From the NCBI RefSeq assembly GCF_036321535.1, contig NC_087437.1, positions 81,532,001 through 81,596,000 on the forward strand: a stretch of 64,000 nt of DNA. The letters run 5' to 3'. Of this stretch, positions 49,394 through 62,123 are shown one piece after another; position 1 is the stretch's first letter; every line of letters starts with the position of its first letter. Origin of the DNA: Camelus dromedarius. Lineage: Eukaryota. The notes beneath the pieces were generated by a model. It was not told the origin of the DNA. It worked only from the letters and a program-made list of their open reading frames with translations, and searched no databases. Both the position numbers and the translations under genes were made by a program.

Positions 49394-50889
49394 TGTGTAC
49401 AGAAACTATTTTTATGGTTTTAAATTTTTTTCCAAATTTTCTTTAATGAAATTGAGCCTCTTCCTCATTATTGGAAGTGAGGCTATTTGCCACTGGTTAG
49501 GAAAAACAACAAAAGGTAAAAATAGGCAAGCATAGCCTAGAGGATCTCCGGTTCCATGCTAGACCAATGCTAGGACCAGGTCTGCATAACCAGGACTACT
49601 AATCTTTAGGAATGAATTAGAAAATGGGTGGATACTCCCCTGCAGGCCCTTCACTTAGGGATGGACCAGCATCTTCATGCAAATCAGAAAAAGGAATACA
49701 TTTCTCTGGGCAGACCCAGCCTGACAAAAGACTGTGATGTACGAAGCGTAGGCTGGACCTCAGCCCCCACTTCCCCCAACATCCTTGTGCAGGGCACAAT
49801 TAGTATAACCTACGTGTATTATCTTTATATAAAGTACAAAGTAACGTTTCTACATTTGCAAGTGAAAAATTCTTGTGGGTGGCAATGAGCTAAGTTGATG
49901 AGGATGGAAAGATCTTAGGACTCTGTGTGAGTGGGCAGAAAGGTGGCAAATGAGTACATAAAGTATACATATGAGCTCACAGTCACAGGTAAGGAGAGGG
50001 ATTTAGGGTTATTGTCGATTGTTCCCTGAAGATAATGCAGAGGCTTCTTCTAACAGCAAAAAGACAACCACTTGAATCATTAAAATGACATTCCCCCTGA
50101 GAAGCAAAGTAGTATCACCCACTTGACTGATGCTTTGATGGAAGCTGAATAAGGCAGAAACCATTAGAAGAAAGATTTGAGAAAAATTAACAGCATGAGG
50201 GCCTGGAAGAAACAGGGACTTCTATATATCATGAGTGGGATACGAAGGACAAACCAAAGCAGGTCCCGGTGGAAGCAGCTGCAGTGGCTGAGGTGGCAGC
50301 AGTGACTACAGCATGCTTGGGACTAGGCACTAGTAGCTATGATGAGGGTGGTGAGGGCAGCAGTAGCAGCAGTTCAGTTGGTTTCCCAGCTGATACAGTG
50401 GTATTGGACAGCAATGGTGGCACGAGACCATTAATGTTGGCAATAGGAATGGAGATAAAGCAACAGTCAGGAAATTGTCAAACAAATTCTTCGTGAACTC
50501 TTTATTCAGCCTTGACCACTTTTCAGGGACCATGTTGGGTAGAGAAATAAATGTTAACAAACACTCATTATATGCCCAGCCCCCTAATAGATGTTAGAAT
50601 ACAAAGATGGCTAGAACATGGTCCCCACCCTTCAAGGACCCAAAATTAAGTATGGGGAGTATACACGAGAACAAATAATTATGATAATGTGGTCATTATA
50701 GGGACAAGATGTAAACTTCCATAATAGTCCAATGCAAAGAGAAAAAACATATTCCTTTGCTCTGACACAGCATTTAAGCGGGCATTGTGTCAGGCACTAT
50801 CCAAGTTACAAGATTAATCAGACATAGATCCTGATCTCGGATGCTTATTTTCTCATAGATGAGGTAGGACAAGTATAATTCTGTAAAAC

Positions 50890-51330
50890 AAAGACTATCC
50901 AAGCTACATCTTTCTTTGCTTAGAAATCTCCTCTGCTAAATATCCAATTTCATCATTCATAAGTTCTACCTTCTGTAAAACATGAGAACACAATTCAATG
51001 AAGTTTTTTCACACTGTGTCACAAGCATCACTTCCCTCCAACTTCCAATCTTCATTTCCACCTATGATCTCAGTGGAATGGCCTTTAATATCCACATTTC
51101 TAGCAACATTCTGTTAATTAATTATTCATGTATTTCTGTAACATAGAAGTGTTGTCTCCTGCTCACTACTTTTCTTTCTGATACCTCACCAGAGTTACCT
51201 TTAATGTCCTTGTATCTATCAACAGCGTCTTCACAGCAATCTCAGCTTTTTCCAGTTTTGTCTCAAAACTCTTCCAGCCTCTATCCATCATGTAGTTCCA
51301 AAGCCACTTTCACATTTTTTAGGTATTCCA
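50890..51330 (-). mobile_element. MaLR internal-region fragment
   Basis: CTCAAAACTCTTCCAGCCTCTATCC...AGTTCCAAAGCCACTTTCACATTTT resembles the MaLR internal end. Confidence 0.6.
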
Positions 51331-52099
51331 ACAAATAAATAAAAGTTTCTTTTAAAAAACCTTAAATGTTTTAGTTCCTACCAAGTTTGTAATTACCAGC
51401 ATTCCACAATCCTCTGTGAGGTTGCAGAAAACTAAAATTTTAGGAAAGAAAAATCCTAACTCTGTTATGAAAAGGCAAGGGAAAAATTATGTTCAAGGAA
51501 AGACTTGCTTTTGGGGGGTGGGAATCAGGAAGGGAGAGAAGCCATTGCCTGCAACAATCACTATTTGATCTAACCAATTCTATTGCTATTATTTTTAGCT
51601 CATCTTTTTAGCCTGTTGCTAAGGAACCCTATTGCCTGAAAGCAATTAACTAGTAGAAACCCACGTGAAGCAAGAGAAAAGTAATGATCTTGAAACTTTC
51701 AAATTAGGCCATCCTAATTTATTCTATTTTGGTGCTATTTAATAAATTATCTCTTCTCAATCTTTACGTAGCGCTATTGCGATGTTGAAAATCCTGTTTA
51801 CCCAAAACCAAAATAATCGCTTATGTATTTTTAATACAAGAGTTCCCAGATCAGCATATCTGAAATGGAGAGCGCTCATAGTTCTGAATTCTAATTTTAT
51901 TAGTACTTGTCTTTTCTTCTTGAAAATACTGTGAATTTTAAACAATTTCTTGAAGGGGAAATTTTCGTATTTTAAGAGATCTGTTGCAGAACATGGGTAA
52001 AGGACTCGACAAAGCTAGAGATACATGAAAGCTTTGAACTGAAATTCCGACTTGGGAATGTGGCAAGAGGGCTAAAACATCTAGTGCAAAGTAAGAATG

Positions 52100-53700
52100 A
52101 CACCGGGAGGATCAGAGCACTGGGGAGGGCGCGGATGCTCCAGGGAGCGAGGTGTGGGCTGGGGTGTCAGCTGAATCCAATACGACACAAATACTTATAG
52201 GAAAGGTGGGAACTCTGGGTCTTCGCATTTCTACCCCCTCAGCTGGAGAATCTCGTAACAACACACAGACGTCATCGCCTTCGTAAATGGTGCAGATGGT
52301 GAGTCGCAGGCACCCGGTTCAAGCCGTTTCGACTGGAGCCTACCTAGATTTGCCCGTTTCCTACTCTGATTTCTGCAGTCTGCGTTTGCCCTCAATAACC
52401 TCAAGGTCGTCCAAACTAAAATCTGGCCATGGTAGAGCTAAGAAGATCAGTGATACAGCAGGCTATCTTCAAGCTTTGGGTTCTTTCATTACACATTTGA
52501 AAAAGTTCTTCCAATCCGTTGGTTTTCCCAGACACGCGGATAGACAACAGAGCAAGAGCTAGCCAACCGCCGGACTCTAAGGAGCGCCAACGTGGCTGTA
52601 ACGGGAAAACGAGGGTTCCAAATTCCACCAATCAACCGTACAGCTCCGCCCACGCCCCGCCCATCACTCCTGCCAGCCAATAACCTTCACAAGTCTGCCG
52701 CCACTCCCGCCCATTCTTAGGGCCGCTTCCGAGCCTCTTCCTCTGCTCCGCTTCGCATAACGCTGTAAACCCGCTGTATACGCGCCCCTCTCCGCTTTCA
52801 GAGGGCCCTCTGCCCTTCTTTACTGAAGGCGTAGGGAACGGCATAGGCTACCACTGGAGCCAAGACCACTGAAGTTAGTCACAAACAGCAGCGGAGCGAA
52901 AGGAAAGAGAAAGGGCCGCCCAGAACGTTCACCTCACGCCCAGTTTACCTTGACCCGGAAGTGATTCTCCACTCCACTACACTCCTCTTCTTCCCCTTCC
53001 TCCTCCTCCTCCTCCCCTCAGTTGAGAAAGGAAGAGAAGGACGGCCAGGGCTGGCCCGGCATGCTTTGGGCTTCCGGTGACCTCTGGCCCTTTTCTGTCG
53101 TCCGCTCCTGCTACCTAGCGTGCTTGCTTGCTCGCTGCTTTCCTTTCTTGCGTCCCTCCGGTTTTCCTTCTCACGCTACTTGGTGACTGTGGCGCCCGCG
53201 ACCACCAGGGAGGCGGTGGCGGAGGACACTCGTCATGGCCGCCTCTAAGCCTGTGGAGGCGGCAGTGGTCGCAGCGGCTGTTCCCGGCTCCGGCAGTGGG
53301 GTGGGCGGCGGCAGTGCGACTGCGGGCTCGGGCACGGGGGGCCTGCCGCGATGGCAGCTGGCGCTGGCAGTCGGGGCGCCCCTGCTGCTGGGCGCGGGTG
53401 CCATGTACCTATGGAGCCGGCAGCGGCGGCGCCGGGAGACCGGAGGCCGGGGCGACGCCGGCGGCCTGAAACGCAACAGTGAACGGAAGACTCCGGAGGG
53501 CAGGGCCAGTCCGGCCCCGGGCAGCGGACACCCCGAAGGCCCCGGTGCTCACCTGGAAATGGTGAGAAGCAGGCCTGGGCCTTGGAGGTGAAACCAGGCG
53601 GGTGCAGCCTTTCTTTGACGGGTTATGCCGGTCAGGGGGCTTCCGGTCAGACGGAAGCTTCTTAGCGGCAACACATGAGTTTAGGGAAACTCATTTCTGG
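52100..53700. promoter_or_regulatory. Bidirectional CpG-island promoter shared by TOMM70 (+) and LNP1 (-)
   Basis: CpG-rich; CCAAT boxes near 52628 and 52677; GC boxes 52646-52662; ETS/GABP motifs CCGGAAGTG (52955-52963) and CTTCCGG (53071-53077). LNP1 exon 1 is presumed here but its donor is not resolved. Confidence 0.8.
53235..53561 (+). CDS. TOMM70: TOMM70 mitochondrial import receptor, coding exon 1 (109 codons); rest of the window is intron 1
   Basis: MAASKPVEAAVVAAAVP...LPRWQLALAVGAPLLLGAGAMYLWSRQRRRRE...PEGRASPAPGSGHPEGPGAHLEM with signal-anchor TM and basic flank; Kozak GTCATGG; donor ATG|GTGAGA. Exon 2 was not seen in the window. Confidence 0.97.
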
Positions 53701-56579
53701 CTGCCTTTATGGGAAATGGAGGAGCCTGAGGGCATAGGTTAGCGGCATTCGTTGACAGTTTCCTTTTGGTTTCAGAAAAATAACTTTCTTCTCGGTGACA
53801 CAGCATTTATCCCTAGCGTTGTGGGTAAGGGGGACATCGGCAAATGTGATGATTGTGTTTAATTAAAGCCAGATTCCCTTAACGATAGGTACGTTGTGAT
53901 ATGAATTACATGGGTGATTTCCAAGGCCTAGAACTTAATCAGTGATAACCCTTTAATAACGAGCCACTCCCCCTTTTTGAAGTGTTTTAGGGTGGGGGAT
54001 AGGTACAGTGACTATTGGTTGACGAAGAGTAAAATGGTGTGCAGTGGCATTTATTTCATCTGTAGGAGTGAGTTCCTAAACTTTTGGGGTAGAAGCATCT
54101 TAAATTCATTTAAAAAAAATTTTTTACCTGGAAATTTACATGACCAAGCCTGACATGCATGAAACAGATTCTCTGATGTTAAGCCAAGCATTTGAGTATC
54201 TGGTGAACTGCTTTGTATGGCTTTGTTGAAGTGACTATTAAATCCTTTTGGTATCTGACAGCTGTGGGGACAGTTTGCTTGGCTGCATTTAACAATACTG
54301 GGATGAGATGAGTTGGGGAGGAGGATTTTATCTGAGTCTGGCATTGTACAGTGGCAGTTACAGAGCAAAGGTAACCTTTGGTCAAATAACTCCCAGTTAC
54401 ATACATTTGCAAGTTATGTTCACATTTTACTGTTCAGATTGAAGACATGTTTTTACTTAAGTAGTCAAACTGACTTTAAAGGAACTTTGATGTGAGAGGT
54501 AACTGTCTTAGTTTAGTGCATACTGTATATATCAGGCATTGTGCTAGGCACTGAGAGGGCCAGATGATCTTTCTAATGGGAGAGGAAAATACTGCTTACA
54601 AGAAAAAATAAAGATTCAGTATGAGTATGCTGAAAGAACCCATGGACTGTGAGAACTAGGAGATGTGTGCTTTATATTGGGCCCTCCAGCATAGTTGGAA
54701 GTCATTTTATCTCTCTGACATTACTGTCATCTCTATAGAATAAGAGAGTTAAAATATTAGATCTCTAACATTTCTTCCAGCCCTAAAAGTTGGTAATTAA
54801 TGAGTGCTGTTAATGAGAATGATAATCAAGACGATTCTTAGAATTAGTCATTTGTCTTATCATTTTCATATTTCTGAAATTCTCTGGTCATTTCCCATTT
54901 CATTTGTTAATTTAATTTTCACAGAAGAATAGTGGGTGAATGAGAAATACATAAAAGTTCTCCATTCTATAATAATCACCAAAAATAAAGATAAATTCTG
55001 TAAATAACACTAGGTACTACCACCTTCATTTGTTTGACATTTGATAGAAGTCAGCAAATTATCTTTCAGATTTTAGATTTCCTGAAATCCCATTATCAGT
55101 TTTTTAGCGTTGTCTAGGTCAACACTGATGATTTTTAAATTTCATGGTGTTTTGTTTTATCAGAACACTTTTTTTATTCACCTGACTGCTGTTAAAAATT
55201 AGACTTTACGATTGACTTCTCTGTATAACCTGAACTTCTTTAAAATGGTTACTTTTGATCCAGAATAAAACTGAGGAAAACATTTGACATACTGTTCTCC
55301 TTGTGGAATTTGTGGGGTTGTACCTGTAATCTTGTTTTGAATTACTAGACGATACTTTAGTAAAGCAGCAGTAAGAATGTCTTTGCCATTTTTTTAATGG
55401 AAAATTTGTATTTTAACTCATGGTAACTAGTGAATTCTGAAAGACAATTTTTTTGGTCTCTTTTATAGTCTAATCCATAGATTTATTATTAGGCTGTCTA
55501 AATATAGCTGACCACAAACTGTAATTTATTATTATCTGTGGTTGGAGAAATTGCTTTATATTTGAATAGCACCTTTAAATTGTCAACCTCAGTGGGTTTT
55601 ATAAATAAGGAAGCATTTGTTTGAACTGATGGAAAACCTGGGAGAATCCTGATGCCCTCACTGTTCTTTCTCCACCTGAACAATAGATGTAATTTTTAAG
55701 GGAATGAAGGAATGGATGAGTATTATCAGTTCAGGGTCCACTATCAGTGAATAAAATGGAAAATCGGTGGTTATTGTCTGTTGGCTTATGTTTGCCTTAA
55801 TATAAAATGAACCAATAAAATTACTGGGCTTCTATCCATTGGGTGTGAGATTTTCATATGCAGGCAGACTATATCCAGTTATCTTTTTTCTGGAATAGCA
55901 AAAACTTGTAAAGTAAAAGCAAAAATTCATATTTTTGTTTCATTAATGGGAATTTTAGGATTTCACTAAAGAAAGACGTCTAGTTACAGTTGATAGCATC
56001 TGAGATTGAGATATTTAAAATATTAAGTCATACTCCATTTGTGGTCATTGTAAAATCTATCATGATGTGCCATTTTGCGTCTTTTTTTTTTTTTTTTTTT
56101 TTTGAAAACTTGAAGATTACAGGTTTTCAAAGTTGATAAGTTTCTTTGTCAATCGGGCTTCTCAATCTCTGGGCCAGAGTTATCACAAGGGATCACCACA
56201 TACACACCAAGCATGGTATCTGGCTGCATAAATGTCTTAGGTATTTCTTTTTTTAAACAAACAGTGATAATTTTTATATAATTTATTTATTATTGACTTT
56301 ATAGTAGTGTTTTATCCAATTGTTTTTAATTTGATGATTTAAAAAACCAGTTGTTCGAGTGTTTTTAATGTTACACAGGCATTATCCTAACATGAAATTG
56401 TTGGGAACCACTAATCTTAAGACAGTGCTCTAGACTAGGAAGGGAGAAATGTACCTAAACATTTTAATAAAAGGATCAAAGACAGAGCAACCTGTTATAA
56501 ATATGAAATGAAGTAATTCTCTCCCCAAATGATCTGTTTCTAGTCATTTTTGAAAACTCAGTGTCACTAGTGACATTCT

Positions 56580-57655
56580 TATATAATTATGTCCAGTGAG
56601 CACCTTTCAGTCTTTATCTTACTTGATCCTTATCGATATTTCACATTGTCTTCTCTTAATTTCATGATTTTTCCTTTGGCTTCTGAGACACTGCTTTCTC
56701 CTGATTTTCTTTGCTTTTTTTTAAACTTCCTGATACCTCCCTTGCTGATTGTTCTCAGTCTCCTTTCCAGGTTCCTTTTGGCGACCTTCATGTTTCTGTC
56801 ATAGGCATTCTTATGTTCCATAAGATGCTTCACTGCATGCTTGCTTGCTTGCCCTCCAGCTTCACTTAACATTTATATACCGATGGCCCCCTAATTTCTT
56901 GTTTATAGTCCAGACCTCTCAAAGGCCCAAATTTAAAGGAAATCTTTACCTCATTACCTTACAAGTATTTCACACCAGACTTCTGTTTTTCTTGAGAATA
57001 CTCCTTATCAGTTAGTGTGAGTCATCTAAGTAGTTTCCCAAGCCAGAAACTTGGATATCATCCCTTACTTTTTATTATCATGTTCTCCATCTCCAACCTA
57101 GAAAAAGATCCAAAAAGTTCTGCTTCTTAAATATTTGACTACTATTCCATTCCCACTGCTATTTATTTCCTGACTGAATAACTGACACTCTTGTTACTGT
57201 CTTCCTCCAATCCATTTAGTCACTACTAGAGTAAATCCAGAGTCCCATGCTTAAAATCATTAACTGGTGTTCATTGCTCACATGATAAAGTTCAAACTCA
57301 TCATGTTTTAAGACCCTCCGTGATCTTGATCTTGCTCGCCTCTTCAGCTTCATCTCTTGCCACTTCCTCTCGTTTCTTGCCTTTGGATGTTCTGAAACAC
57401 TGCCCAGTACCCCACCTTCTCATCCTTCAAGTCACAACATATAGGTCATTTCACTTTTTCTGAAAGCCTTTACCCAAGCTTACTGCTATTTGATTACATA
57501 ACTCTGAACTTTTCTATTCCATAGCAGTTATTGCATGGTACTAGAGTTGTTTATTCTTGTCATTTCCTTCTAAACTTGAATTTGTGAAGACTGGGACTGA
57601 CAGGTCCATTTCTCAGAACCTGACACATAGCAGGTGTTGAATGAATGAACCAATG
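56580..57655 (+). mobile_element. LINE-2 remnant in TOMM70 intron 1
   Basis: Degenerate L2 motifs ending in CCTGACACATAGCAGGTGTTGAATGAATGAA. Confidence 0.65.
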
Positions 57656-58202
57656 AAGCTTCGTTCTTTGACATTGTTTAAAGATTCCCACAATTTGAAT
57701 ATTTTCTTCAAAATTTCCAGCTTTTCATGTGTATTTACCAGTTTATCCCAGAAATTGGTAAGACAGTCTTACACCTCAATTAGGCATTCTTTTTATAAAT
57801 CACTTGATTTTTGTGTGAACTACAACCATAATCCTGCAGAAACAGCATTTTTACAAGTAGGTTCTCTTTAGGTAAAGAGTGCTCTGTATCGTGATTTAGT
57901 AGGTGGAGTTGGTTTTAGATTTTTTAAATTCCAGGACATAATATGGGAAAGAATCTTTTTTTTACCCTAGATTTGATTCATATGAAAGTAACAATAGAGT
58001 ATTGAAAGTAGAGTATTGAAAGATTGTTTCTCATGTGGTAAATGTTCCAGAGTTGGTTGCTACTTCTGTAAAACTGGGATTCAAAATTTAAAATATGCTT
58101 TCGGAATTTGGTAAATTTAAGGGAATAAAATGAAGAGAAACATTATGGAACCACTTCATGTATATTTTAACTGGATATAAATATGTAATTATGTTAGTAA
58201 TA

Positions 58203-58671
58203 CAGTAGTTCCCTCTTATCCACTGTTACACTTTCTGCAGTTCCAGTTACCCACAGTCAACCATGGCCTGAAAAAATGAAATGGAGAATTCCAGAAAAAG
58301 TTAATAAATTTTAAGTTATGCACTGTTTTGAGTAGCAAGATGATGTCTCACACAGTCCTCCCTCCTGCCCTGGATGTGAATCATCCCTTTCTCCAGTGTA
58401 TCCCATCCATTAGTCACTTGGTAGCTCTCAGATCGACTGTTGCACTACTAACCCTTATTTTACTTAATTTACTTAATATTGTTATAATTGTTCTATTTTA
58501 TTATTACTGTCGCTTTTAATCTCTTATTGTGCTTAATTTATAAATTAAACTCTATCTTTGGCATGTATGTATAGGAAAAAATGTACATGTAGGGTTTGAT
58601 ACTATTCACAGTTCCATGCATTCACTGGGGGTCTTTGAACATATTCCCTGCAAGTAAAGGGGAGACTACTG
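58203..58671 (+). mobile_element. MER44-like (Tigger7-derived) non-autonomous DNA transposon
   Basis: TIRs CAGTAGTTCCCTCTTA...TAAAGGGGAGACTACTG with TA duplications at 58201-58202 and 58672-58673. Confidence 0.88.
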
Positions 58672-61600
58672 TACCTATTTTGTTTCCTTACACATGGATT
58701 AGTGTGCCTGATTCTAGCTCATTTTCTTTCACAGTGACTGTATGTATGAGATCATCAGAATATTTTATAAATACTTGCTAAGAATTTACAGTGATTCTTT
58801 ATTGCCAAATATTTGTCATTGAAGACTTTCTATAATGTAGTCATGTTACTGTCACAAGATTTGCTTAGAGACTTGTTCCTGGTCTCCTGAATTTCTTGTG
58901 TGTGTGTTGTGTGTACTAAGTAACCTTTTGGGGGTTGCTTTTCCTCCTTGGAGTATTTTCCTGACTGTCCTTTGTTAGTCATTTTCGTTCCAGAGTAGAT
59001 TCTTGTAAGTAAACTTCATTGAAGTAATCTTGACTGATGAGTCAAACCCTGACTGTTTTCTTATTTGTATTCTATTAAATTTACCAGGATTATACCTTAC
59101 CTGTTGCTTTGGTTTTAAAATGTAATTTGTTTCCAGAGTAGATTTACCTCTGTAGGAGGTGTAGGGGACAGGTTCTTAGGTTTTACCTCTTGTTTGACAA
59201 GTTTCACACAACAGTTGGTTGTAGAGAAGACATACATATTTACTATGTTTCTCATTGTTTCCTTTTAGGTTTATTGCCTGAGTTACTTGTTTTTAGTTCT
59301 TGTGTCTTACCCAGATAGTTTTGTATGTAAGTGTATATACAGTTGCTACTCTTTGAACTAAGAATTTTCTGGTTATTAGCTACCCAATTTATTGTTCACC
59401 TAATGTACAGTTGTTTTTTGTTTGTTTGTTTTAGTGTGAATTGGAGTTCCAGAGTTTAATCAGCAGTAGTTCTTTTGACAGACTGCCAGTTTGCTTATTT
59501 GTTTTCCTTCACTGTCTCAGGTGTTCCTTCAAGATAAAAGACTATCCTCCTATTGATTGTTGTATAGGGGAGTCACATCTAATGTGCTTTTAACTAAAAT
59601 GAGTTCAGTTACTTGATTGGCAGAAAGAAAAAGGTCCAGTTGTGCTGATGATTCTCTTTGTCTTTTCACTTAATGACATTTTTGCTCTGAGGTCAGTAGT
59701 GAGCAAGATATGATACCTGACCTATTTTCTGTATTTCAGTTCCAGAGTGTGAATCTGGATGTGATTCTAATGATACTCACTCTTTATAAAGTGTGGGTGA
59801 CAATTCATGCAGTCTAGAAGTAGAGTTTAGGCATTCTGGAGTTGCTTTATATGTAAAATTGGGATAATAATAAGTAGCACCTACCTTGCATTTCCAGTGT
59901 GTTACTCTTCTAAAGAATTTTCAGGAGTAAATTTGACAATTGATTTTTCTTCATGTATTAATGTCAGGACTCCCTATAAGATTTTGCTCCAAGTATTTGT
60001 TGAATTCATGTAGCAGAATCACATGGAGTCATGGAGTTGACTCTGCTGGACAGTTATTGATTATGAAAAGATGAAACTTACTCAAAACCTGGATGGGGGA
60101 AAAAAGCTAAATTTTCTAGTAGATTGTTTTAAGTAATACTTTGTGTGATATATTAGGCAGAAGTGAATGTCTGTTCTTTTTATAATTTATCTGTATTCTT
60201 ACTGGTATTCACAGAGTTTAAATTTATGCCTATCTGTTGCTGGTGGAAATTGAATACATAGTACCCAATCTTTCCAAACTGTTTTCTTTTAGGAAGAGAT
60301 TAGTATTTTTTTTTGAATCCACCAAAGTTACATGTAGGTGGCTAGAGTGGCAGGAATGGCATAATGGGAATTTGGAGTCTTGTGTCCAGGCAGTGGTAGT
60401 GGGAAGTTAGTGGAAGGCATTAAGCAGGGAATGACATGATCCAGCTTACTTGTTAAAAAGAGTTTTCAGATCAATCAGAAACTAATTTGTTGTAAGAAAA
60501 GTAGGAGAAAGATGCATTTTCACAGAATATTAGTGTAAAATACTATGGAATGTTCGGAACCTTAAAAAGACTACCAAAACTAAAAGTGATTTCCAGTAGC
60601 AGAAGGGCTTTATAGGCTTTTAAATCTCCTTGGTAGGTTTTAGATATGCAAATAGACCACATGAAAAGGTACTAGCATTTCAAGATGTTCCCTTTGTGTT
60701 CTAGATCTATATATCTTCATTTCTCATTTATAAAATAGGCTTTCAGAATTGTCTTTGGGTTTATTTTCCAACTTGAACCTTTAAATCTGAAAGTTCTTAT
60801 TATAACTTAAGAAGGTGGATTGAGTGGGGGAGGCTATGTGACTGAAAAGCAAAGCAAAGGATTCCTGAGAGATAGAATTAAAATCCCTTATAAAGAATTG
60901 GTAGTTGTATATTTTCTGATTTAAACTCTGTCCTCCAGTGCATTTATTTTAATTTCTGCCTGGCGTTGACCTCAAAGTTTGTGAAAATAATGCCTAATTC
61001 CTGACATAGCAGAAGTCTGGTGTTGATTGATAAGCCGGCATTGTGCTAAGCAACTTTTTGTCCTAAATTTTATCAAGTGGGCCAAAATAATTAGCTTTTC
61101 TATACTGTCCCTATTGTAATGCCATTCTTTCTTTGCATTTTTATTAGTGAAGGGAAGCAAGTGGACAGAAAGTAATGTTGGCAGGTGGTGTGCAGTGAGC
61201 AGAAGTAATAGGGAGGTTAACCGAGATCATGTTCTCCACAAACATAGTGTGGTTGCCTTCTGGAATGTCAGTAGAAGAAAATTTGCAACTCAATGGCATT
61301 CTTCAGAGTATCTTTTTTTTTTTTTTTTTCCAGTGCAATAAGGGAAGAAAATTAAGCAGATTCTGATTTTGGCCTTAGATAATGAATTTGTAATAATTTT
61401 TGAAGGGAATTACAACTCTGTTGTAAAACTTGACTGAATGGAGGGAATTGAAAGATTCTCTTGGTTGGTTTTAGGTTGATTTAGATTTTGTTGAATAAAA
61501 ATAAGAAGTATACATCTTTCTAAGGAGAAGAAGCCTTGTGTACCTATCCAGATTTGTCTCTCTTTTAACTTGTCCACCCTCACTATGACTGTCACTTCTT

Positions 61601-61954
61601 GTATTCTGTGTGGTATCACGCACATAGCTTTAAACTCCCAGTAGACAGGCAAGAGTTCATTGCCTGTTTGTGCTAATGAAACTAGGTCATTACTCTGCCC
61701 AATGAATGTTCTTTTTGTTTAATCTTCAAATCTTTAGTAAAAATCCTAAGTAAATTTTCAATATGTTTTTAATTGAACATACTTCATGCATTTAATATAC
61801 CACACTATTTTCTATATCAACAGTCCCTAGTGTATTAAGATGTATATTAACCACGTTCTCAATGACTTGGAAAAATTGTGAACTTTTTACAAGAAATTGA
61901 AATAATGTTTTTCTTGTTTTTATATTTAAAGTCAAAAGTAATTGAGTTTTGGTA

Positions 61955-62123
61955 GGGGAGGGTATAGCTCAGTGGTAGAGTGCATGCCTAGCACGCACTA
62001 GGTCCTGGGTTCAAGCCCCAGTACCTCCATTAAATAAATAGATGAATAAACCTAATTACCTCTTCCCCCAAAAAAGATTAATTTAAAAAATAATAAATAA
62101 AATAATTAATTTTGGGAAAAAAA
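61955..62123 (+). mobile_element. tRNA-derived SINE (Vic-1-like)
   Basis: GGGGAGGGTATAGCTCAGTGGTAGAGTGCATGCC...GGTTCAAGCCCCAGTACCTCC plus tail; TSD AATTGAGTTT at 61940-61949 and 62125-62134. Confidence 0.9.

Noticed and set aside
50269..50496. Ala/Ser-rich ORF
   Set aside because: Arises from a degenerate GCA/GTG low-complexity stretch; GTG start and no recognisable homology.
51780..52950. Exact LNP1 non-coding exon 1
   Set aside because: Several candidate minus-strand donors (near 51801, 52343, 52948); cannot choose without transcript data.
53061..53186. Upstream in-frame ATG giving an N-terminally extended TOMM70
   Set aside because: The frame stops at TGA 53184-53186, and the ATG may lie upstream of the TSS.
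53562..53591. ORF-track tail VRSRPGPWR of TOMM70, and similar run-on parts of the LNP1 ORFs
   Set aside because: Read-through past canonical splice sites into intron.
61955..62030. tRNA-Ala-like genes here and at the five similar loci
   Set aside because: A-rich tails, TSDs and divergence among copies identify them as SINEs.
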